From the NCBI GenBank assembly GCA_000388065.2, contig KB932204.1: 7,593 bases of DNA; one strand, 5' to 3'. Of this stretch, positions 1-7,593 are shown one piece after another. The position numbers and the translations under genes were made by a program. Position 1 is the stretch's first letter. Each line of letters opens with the position of its first letter. Origin of the DNA: Fonticula alba ATCC 38817. Lineage: Eukaryota; Protista; Nucleariida. The notes below the pieces were generated by a model. The model saw only the letters and a program-made list of their open reading frames with translations. It searched no databases and was not told the origin of the DNA.

Positions 1-472
1 ACAAAAGCCCCGACCTCCTGCCCTCCCGCCTGGAACGAACTCATTCCAATTCCATGGTGGGAAGGTATGCCCCGCGCAAGTGCCCCCCCCCCCCCACCCC
101 CCACCGACCCGGCTGCCCCGGGCCAGGAACCAAGGGATTACCGGAGGGGCTGAGGGGGAGCATGCTCGCCGGCACCGCCACAGCTCTTGGCCACCGTCTG
201 AGGAATGCCGGCGGGCGCGTGCTCCCACGGTCGGCCCCCAGGCCCCGGGTGCACCACAGCCCGACCGCCCGGCCGCCCGGCCGCCAAGAACCAAGCCGTG
301 TAGACGAGGTATACAGGTGGGACCTGGTGCCACGGCTAGCCCGCCGGGCCGCCAGCCGGAGACCCGGGAAACGCAACACTGGTGGAGGCCGGCATCAAGC
401 CGAAACCGTCACTCCTCCCCCTCCCCGGCGCCCCCCAACAGATACATCCGCCCACACACGACCAACAGTTGA
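1..472 (+). CDS. Possible 3' part of a plus-strand spliced gene, product unknown
   Basis: There is a plausible intron at 65-126 (AAG|GTATGC, C-rich tract, CCAG|) and a weaker candidate at 318-441. C-runs here lie on the plus strand, matching the sense-strand polarity of the other introns. The reading frame is unresolved: all three frames are open across the first junction, and no domain is recognised. Confidence 0.3.
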   Translation, partial: QKPRPPALPPGTNSFQFHGGKVCPAQVPPPPHPPPTRLPRARNQGITGGAEGEHARRHRHSSWPPSEECRRARAPTVGPQAPGAPQPDRPAARPPRTKPCRRGIQVGPGATASPPGRQPETRETQHWWRPASSRNRHSSPSPAPPNRYIRPHTTNS

Positions 473-758
473 CGGAATACGCCCCCGCCCCCCCGCGCCC
501 CGCCCTCCCACAACAACGGAGGAAAACACGCGGCCACACGCGCGCGAACGCGCGAGCCTCCGCAACTTCGGCGGCCGAGAGGAGGAACAAGCCTGGTCGG
601 ATGCCCCCTCACGGGCGGACGGGGGACAGGGAAGCCCAGGCGCGGGTCGGGGGGGGGGGGGGGGGGGCGGGGGGGCGAAGCACGCCAGGGCAACGCAGGG
701 CGCCATCCGGGATCGAACGGAATATCACGGAGACGCGAGGGATCGGCTGCTCTATTCG

Positions 759-2697
<1,939 letters not shown>

Positions 2698-3140
2698 TCA
2701 ACAGGTGCAAGGAAAAGACGGCAAGAAGGGGAGAGGGGGATTAAATGGAGCCCCAAGGAAGCCAACACAGGGCCCCGGTCACCGAAGAGTAGAACACAGA
2801 CCAGAGAAAAATAAAAACCCGCACATGCTGCTCCCCTGGCCGGGGGTTTTCCAGCGGGCACCGAGATCGCGCGCGCGCGCCCGGCGCGCAGATCGTTGGG
2901 AGACACCACCCGAGACTAAAACACCCTCGCGACACCCACAATATCATGCCAGGATGGACCCCCGCCCACCTCGCCCCCGGCAGGAGGAACAGGATCACCA
3001 GTGTGGGCGTTTTTGGTTTGTATTGCTTCGAAGGGGACACCGAGGGAGGGAGCCGCCCTCCCCCGCGCGCGCGCGACCGCCTGACAACCAGGGCGCGGCA
3101 GGGAGGCTCCCAGCCAGTCGCCATCCAACTTCGGGGCGAG

Positions 3141-4998
3141 CTAGCGCGATCCGCCGGCCGGGGTGTACCCGAACCCCGGCATCTCACGCCCTCCGGAAGG
3201 GGGGGGATCGGCCCCGAGGGTGGATGTGCTCTCGGTGGCCGCCTGGCCGCCAGCCGGGGCGGATAGCCGGGAGAAGCCGCCAATCCAATCCCGCAGGAGG
3301 GTACTGGCGCTTTGGGAAATGCTGCCGGCAAGGGACTGCGCAGAGGGCCCGACGGGCTGCTGTGATGAAGAGGGCCCAAGGCCGTCTGAGGGCGATGGCG
3401 CCACCGGTTCCCAGCCGATGGTCGGTTCGGCCAGGTCGCCGGGCGCACTGCGCGACCCCTCGGCCGGCGGGGACATGCCCATGCTACCGCCAGAGGACTG
3501 GCGCCAGCCACTGCCGGGACCCGGGCCGGGCCCGGATGACGAAACAAAGTCCATCGTCTGGCCGGTGGGACGGAGGTTGGCCATCATGGCCGACAGGGGA
3601 TTGGCATCCGCATGGCCCCCGCCCGGGCCCCCGCCGACGCCCGATGGAAAGGCGGCTCCCTGCTGCGCGGCATTCCCCAGCGACCGGCCCACCTGGGCCA
3701 GCTGCTGGCGGATCCCCCGGAAGAGAGTCCCCTCAGGGGGCATGCCGCCGGCCGCCGGGCCACCAGCGCCAGACCCAGAGCCCATGGCGTTGGGGAAGGC
3801 GCCACCGCCGATGCCGGTGACCGGCTGCGCACGCTCCACCCCCCGGGCGGCCTGGGTCTCACGTTGGAGCTCTTCCGCCCGGGCGGCCTCTTCCTTGCAC
3901 TCGGCACTTGCCCACTCAAGGGTCACATACTTCCGCCGGAGGAAGGCCTCACGCTCGGCCTGGTCCGACTTGGGTGTGATGCCAACCGGGTGAGGGGTTT
4001 TTTTCTCGTCGTTGGTCTCGTCGTTGTCGTTGGCTGCGTGGAAGCCCCAAGAGGAAGGGCAAGCAGGGGCCATCATCCCACAGGAGGGGGTCACTACCAA
4101 AGAAATCAAGGCCCCAAATAAAAAGAGAGCAATACAGCGACATTCAAAAGAGGGGGAGAGGGGGAGGCAGAGGCAGAGGAAGAGGGAGAGGAAGATAGAA
4201 TACGCACAGCTGGAGGGCCAATGCGCCAGGAATCGGGCGTTGGAGGCAGCATTGCCCCGCGCCGCCAACGATCGAACCCAATCAGGTCGCCAGCAGTCCA
4301 ATTCCACCGAGCGCACACGGGAGATGTGCACACCGAGGGACCGGTGGACGCCAGAGCAGGCAATGCACACCAAGATCCCGAGGCTGATGCTGGCCCACTT
4401 GGGCTTGAGCGTGCCGCAATCCGCGCATGCTCCATTGTCCGGGAGCTCGCACAAGGCCCGGAGGTGTTCTGCGATTTCGGCGGCCGTGGCCGTGTCGGCG
4501 GGTGGGAGGGTGGACTCCCGCGCGCTGGCCGCCGCCCATGGGATGGCATTCACCGGTGGATTTGCCTCAGGCTGGGAATGGTCCGCCGGACGCTGCTGCT
4601 TTTGCTGCTCAATGGCCCGACCAATGGCTGACCGGGTGGGGCCCGCGTGAGGAAAGGGTCAGCGTGAAATTCCATACGCCGCCCCGGAGGCAGGAGGGGG
4701 CAGGAGGAGGGGAAGGGGGAGGAAGGCAATGACAGAAAGGCAAAGGAGTGTCGGCAACCACATACCGTTCTGAATGGCCAAAATCCATCCGCGCGCCTCC
4801 TCCGAGGACTCGGCCTGAAGCAAAAGGGACCGGCTCGGTGAAATGACATGGAAACAGAACAGACGGTCCACCTGCTCCGCAGGCTTGACGGTGCACAGGA
4901 GGAGATCCACACCAGCACTCGGGAGCTCGACCTTTTTTTTTTTTTTTTTTTTTTGCCCAACGCCGAGTTAGCAAGTGACAAGGTGCGTGGGGCAAAAA

Positions 4999-5035
<37 letters not shown>

Positions 5036-6074
5036 AGTCCATGATGCAGGACAGCAAAGAGGCATGGAATCGGGAAAAGAGCGGGGGAGCAAGGCAAACC
5101 GAGGCCGACATACTCTTGTCCGATGCTGGTACATCAGGAAGTTGTCGATGATCATGAAGTAGTACTTGGTCCACTTGCTTCCTGGACGCTTCTCATTGAG
5201 ATACAGATATCCGGTATGCCGGTCCGGGAAGCCGCCTTCAGGGGCCTTGTCCAATGTCGGGTCCTCGCTCGCAGGGGCCGCCGGGGGCGGGGCCGAGCCG
5301 CCAGGAGCCAGGGGATCCTTCGGGCTGGTCAGATCCCCGGCCGACAGCTCGCCAGCCGACACCATCGAGTCGGCCGACGCCCCAACCAGGGGATTGACGT
5401 CGTGGATTTGGAATTGGATGAGCTCGGCATTCATCTTGCTGTCGCCGCGTGCGATGGCCTGCTCCATGTCCTCCTGCTCGCGGCTGGCGCGCGCGGCGAA
5501 GGAACTCTTCACCTGGATGGCGGGGTGGAAAAGGGGGGCAACATGCACGAGCATGCCCGTGAGTACGTGCAAACGACACACCAGGGAGCTCTGAACAGGC
5601 GGGGGAGGGGGCGCACCGATTCGAGTTCCGAAAAGCCGAGACTAATAAGCGGCTCCATTTGGGCGAAGGTGGACTGGGACAACTTGTTGAAGGAGACGGT
5701 GGACGTGATGAAATCAATGACCTGGAGCCCCGGGGGGGGGGGGGGGGGGGGGGACAAAAAGGTCAGGCACAAGGTCGGGCCACCCAGACGCCAGGCGAGA
5801 TGTGTCGAGGCTGCCAAATGCGCACGCACCATGTCCAGGAGGCTGACGATGTAGCTGCGCTTCACCTGGCGCAAGTCCTGGATGAAATTGCACTCGGTCT
5901 TGAAGAGGCGCCGCTTGGCGGCGGAACGCTCCTGCGCCGCGATGGCCAGCTGGGCCGGGGCATCGGCCACTCGGATACTGGCAGCTCGATCGCAAGCCGC
6001 CTCGTACTCATGGCTGAAGCGGAAGTAGCTGGTCAGCGAGGCCTGTGTCTCCCACGAGGCATACCGGGCGGACA

Positions 6075-6108
<34 letters not shown>

Positions 6109-7191
6109 GGGCCCCCCCCCGGGCCGCCCCCGTCCCGCCCCCGCCCGCGTCCCCCCCCCCCCCCCCCCCTGAACCCCGAGAAATTAGAGACGGGCGGAGA
6201 AAGACGGCGGCCCAAGGCTCTATCTCTCTCTCTCTCACACACACGGCAGCGAAGCCAACGGGCGCAGAAAGGCGCATTCCCAGCCCTTCGGGGCCAGGGG
6301 CAAGGGCGCGTGATTCTGTGCAAAACTACACACACGTGACCGGGACTCACATGTCATTCTATTGTGGGGTTTATCCCGGCAGGCGGGCGCGGGCAGACCA
6401 NNNNNNNNNNNNNNNNNNNNNNNNNNNNNNNNNNNNNNNNNNNNNNNNNNNNNNNNNCGCTTCGGAGCATCTACTCATGTCGGATTGCGGGGATTAGATT
6501 TGCGGGGGGGGGGGGGGGGGTGAGAACAGGAGATAATCGCCAAGGGAGAGAGGGGGAGAGGGGGAGAAGGAGGGGTCAAGTGGGCGAAGGGCGAGCACAC
6601 GAACATTGAGGCGACTTGAATTGCTATCCAGCAGCTTGGATAGATTATCCACCGAGAGAGAGGCCTGCTGGCAGTACATGACTCGGTGTTTTTCCACCTG
6701 CTCAATGTAGGAAGAAGTCTGGCCAAGGGTGGAAGGCATGTAAGAAAGATGGACAGAGGGGAGACCGGGGCATGGAGCTCCACGCAAGGCAAAGTGGGAG
6801 AACGCGTGACGAACCTTCTTCACAATGTCCGTCAGGATCGGCGATTCGAGGTGCTGGAGATCCTCGGCCGAAGCCAGGAGGAGCTCCTGCGACAGGAGAC
6901 GCTCAATGGAGCAGAGCTCTGCCAGGTTGGGCAGTGGCCGGGCAGGGAGAGGCGTGGGGGGAGGGGAGGGGGGGGGGGCAGAGGGAAGGGATGTTAGCCT
7001 CTGGTCGGATGCCGGGAGAAGAGCACATGCTCAGGCACACCATTCTGCAGCTCCTTTTGCCGGCTAATCAGCAGACATATCCGGTTGAGGCGCTCGTGTG
7101 AAGAACGAGCGCGTGCCGTCGATACAGATAACTCGGCCTGAAATTGCGGCGTATAATTCAGGTGGTCTGCTATTGGGATCTCGGGCTGCAT
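3141..7191 (-). CDS. ACAP/centaurin-beta-like BAR-PH-ArfGAP protein, ~854 aa, 9 exons: 7191-7041, 6918-6815, 6718-6605, 6042-5830, 5721-5617, 5512-5114, 4931-4766, 4627-4208, 4033-3141
   Basis: All 8 introns are GT-AG (donors GTGTGC, GTTCGT, GTTCGT, GTGCGT, GTGCGC, GTATGT, GTATGT, GTGCGT) with matching phases. The exons total 2565 nt = 855 codons, ending in TAG at 3141-3143. The domain order is BAR, PH, ArfGAP. Uncertain points: the start (gccATG at 7191, or the CAG at 7188-7186 is an acceptor for an upstream exon), the gap-containing intron 6043-6604, and the last acceptor (4034, or in-frame TAG at 4094, +20 aa). Confidence 0.9.
3930..4470 (-). other. ArfGAP domain; C4 zinc finger plus arginine finger at 4427-4341
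   Basis: CADCGTLKPKWASISLGILVCIACSGVHR is an exact C-x2-C-x16-C-x2-C-x4-R motif. It is followed by SLGVHISRVRSVELD, GN...N and REAFLRRKY, all canonical ArfGAP elements. Confidence 0.97.
4933..4954 (-). repeat. A22 tract (T22 on plus) directly before a 3' splice site
   Basis: The minus strand reads gggc-A22-G|GTC GAG CTC (VEL...), in frame with the PH domain. Confidence 0.9.
5001..5031 (+). repeat. (CA)15 microsatellite, intronic
   Basis: Direct reading; it lies within intron 4932-5113. Confidence 0.95.
6075..6169. repeat. G31 / C9 / C19 low-complexity block with a perfect palindrome G9-CCCGGG-C9 (6097-6120)
   Basis: Direct reading; intronic. Confidence 0.85.
6401..6457. other. Assembly gap (57 N) within intron 3 of the ArfGAP gene
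   Basis: Run of N. Confidence 1.
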
Positions 7192-7593
7192 GGCGGGGCG
7201 AGGCGCGGATGCGGGCAAGAGCACACAGGGTGGGCCAGGGGGGCCGAGTGGCGATGCGGGTGGGCGGCGCGCGGGCGAGGAAGGCGCAAGAGGGGAAGGG
7301 GGGAAGGGATAGGCGACAGCAAAAAGAGGAAGGACGGGGGGGAGGAGGGGAGGGGAGGGGAAGGGGAGTAGTCAGCGGCTATCCAGCCGCGGGACTGATT
7401 CCCCCGCCGAAATGCCGAGGTGCGCCCGATCAAATCAACACCCCTACAACCGGCAAAGATAGCCCGAGCCAGATGGCCAGGGAAAAGAGATGACGCGTGC
7501 CCCAGATGCTCCTGCTTCGCCCCCCTCATCCCCTGCATAGGCAGGTGAATGGGGGGACTATGCCATCACTCGCTCTCGGGAGGGGGGGGGGGG

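Larger units (their letters stand above)
4610..5215 (-). other. PH domain (exons 6-8)
   Basis: TGYLYLNEKRPGSKWTKYYFMIIDNFLMY...VDLLLCTVKPAEQVDRLFCFHVISPSRSLLLQAESSEEARGWILAIQNAI follows the ACAP-type PH pattern, including L..CTVK, R.FCF.V.SP, LQAES..E...WI.AIQ.AI with the invariant Trp. Confidence 0.92.
5480..7160 (-). other. N-terminal BAR domain (spread over exons 1-6)
   Basis: The spliced sequence YTPQFQAEL...ERLNRICLL...PILTDIVKKTSSYIEQVEKH...LSKLLDSNSSRLN|ASLTSYFRFSHEYEAACDRAAS...AKRRLFKTECNFIQDLRQVKRSYIVSLLDMVIDFITSTVSF is helical. Its spacing matches the recalled ACAP/APPL-type BAR pattern (SP.FR start; Y/F...YEAA; F...Y...L..v). It sits directly upstream of a PH domain. Confidence 0.7.

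Noticed and set aside
4034-4207. Two transmembrane helices in the ArfGAP (membrane-anchored GAP)
   Set aside because: The segment is a pyrimidine-rich intron with a GTGCGT donor and CAG acceptor; hydrophobic translation is expected from T/C-rich DNA. It is kept only as a retention hypothesis.
4933-4999. Retrotransposon poly(A) tail or bacterial rho-independent terminator
   Set aside because: No element body or target-site duplication is visible, and the context is a eukaryotic intron. The hairpin is reported as a splice-site feature instead.
7192-7593. Additional upstream coding exon (ORF 7170-7538) or a new gene
   Set aside because: No convincing donor or recognisable motif was found, and much of it is a purine/pyrimidine simple repeat. 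It could be promoter, 5' UTR or intron.

Overview
GC-rich, intron-rich eukaryotic genomic DNA from a draft assembly, with a 57-N gap at 6401-6457 and long G homopolymers; it is not prokaryotic. Two spliced genes lie head-to-tail on the minus strand and could be rebuilt with phase-consistent GT-AG introns. Gene 1 is an ACAP-like BAR-PH-ArfGAP protein (9 exons, ~854 aa, 7191->3141) with an intact zinc finger and arginine finger but no ankyrin repeats. Gene 2 lies ~440 bp downstream (5 exons, ~456 aa, 2697->759). Its C-terminal half resembles the SPIN90/Dip1/Ldb17 (WDS-family) Arp2/3-activator leucine-rich domain, and it has no SH3 domain. A possible plus-strand gene fragment occupies the first ~0.5 kb. 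The most notable points are the WDS-like gene beside a membrane-trafficking GAP, an intron whose 3' splice site follows an A22 tract with the branch point in a hairpin loop, poly(C)-type introns, and a PH domain lacking the canonical phosphoinositide-binding residues. Family calls rest on recalled consensus sequences; no database search was run. Most supplied six-frame ORFs are antisense shadows or read-through of introns.
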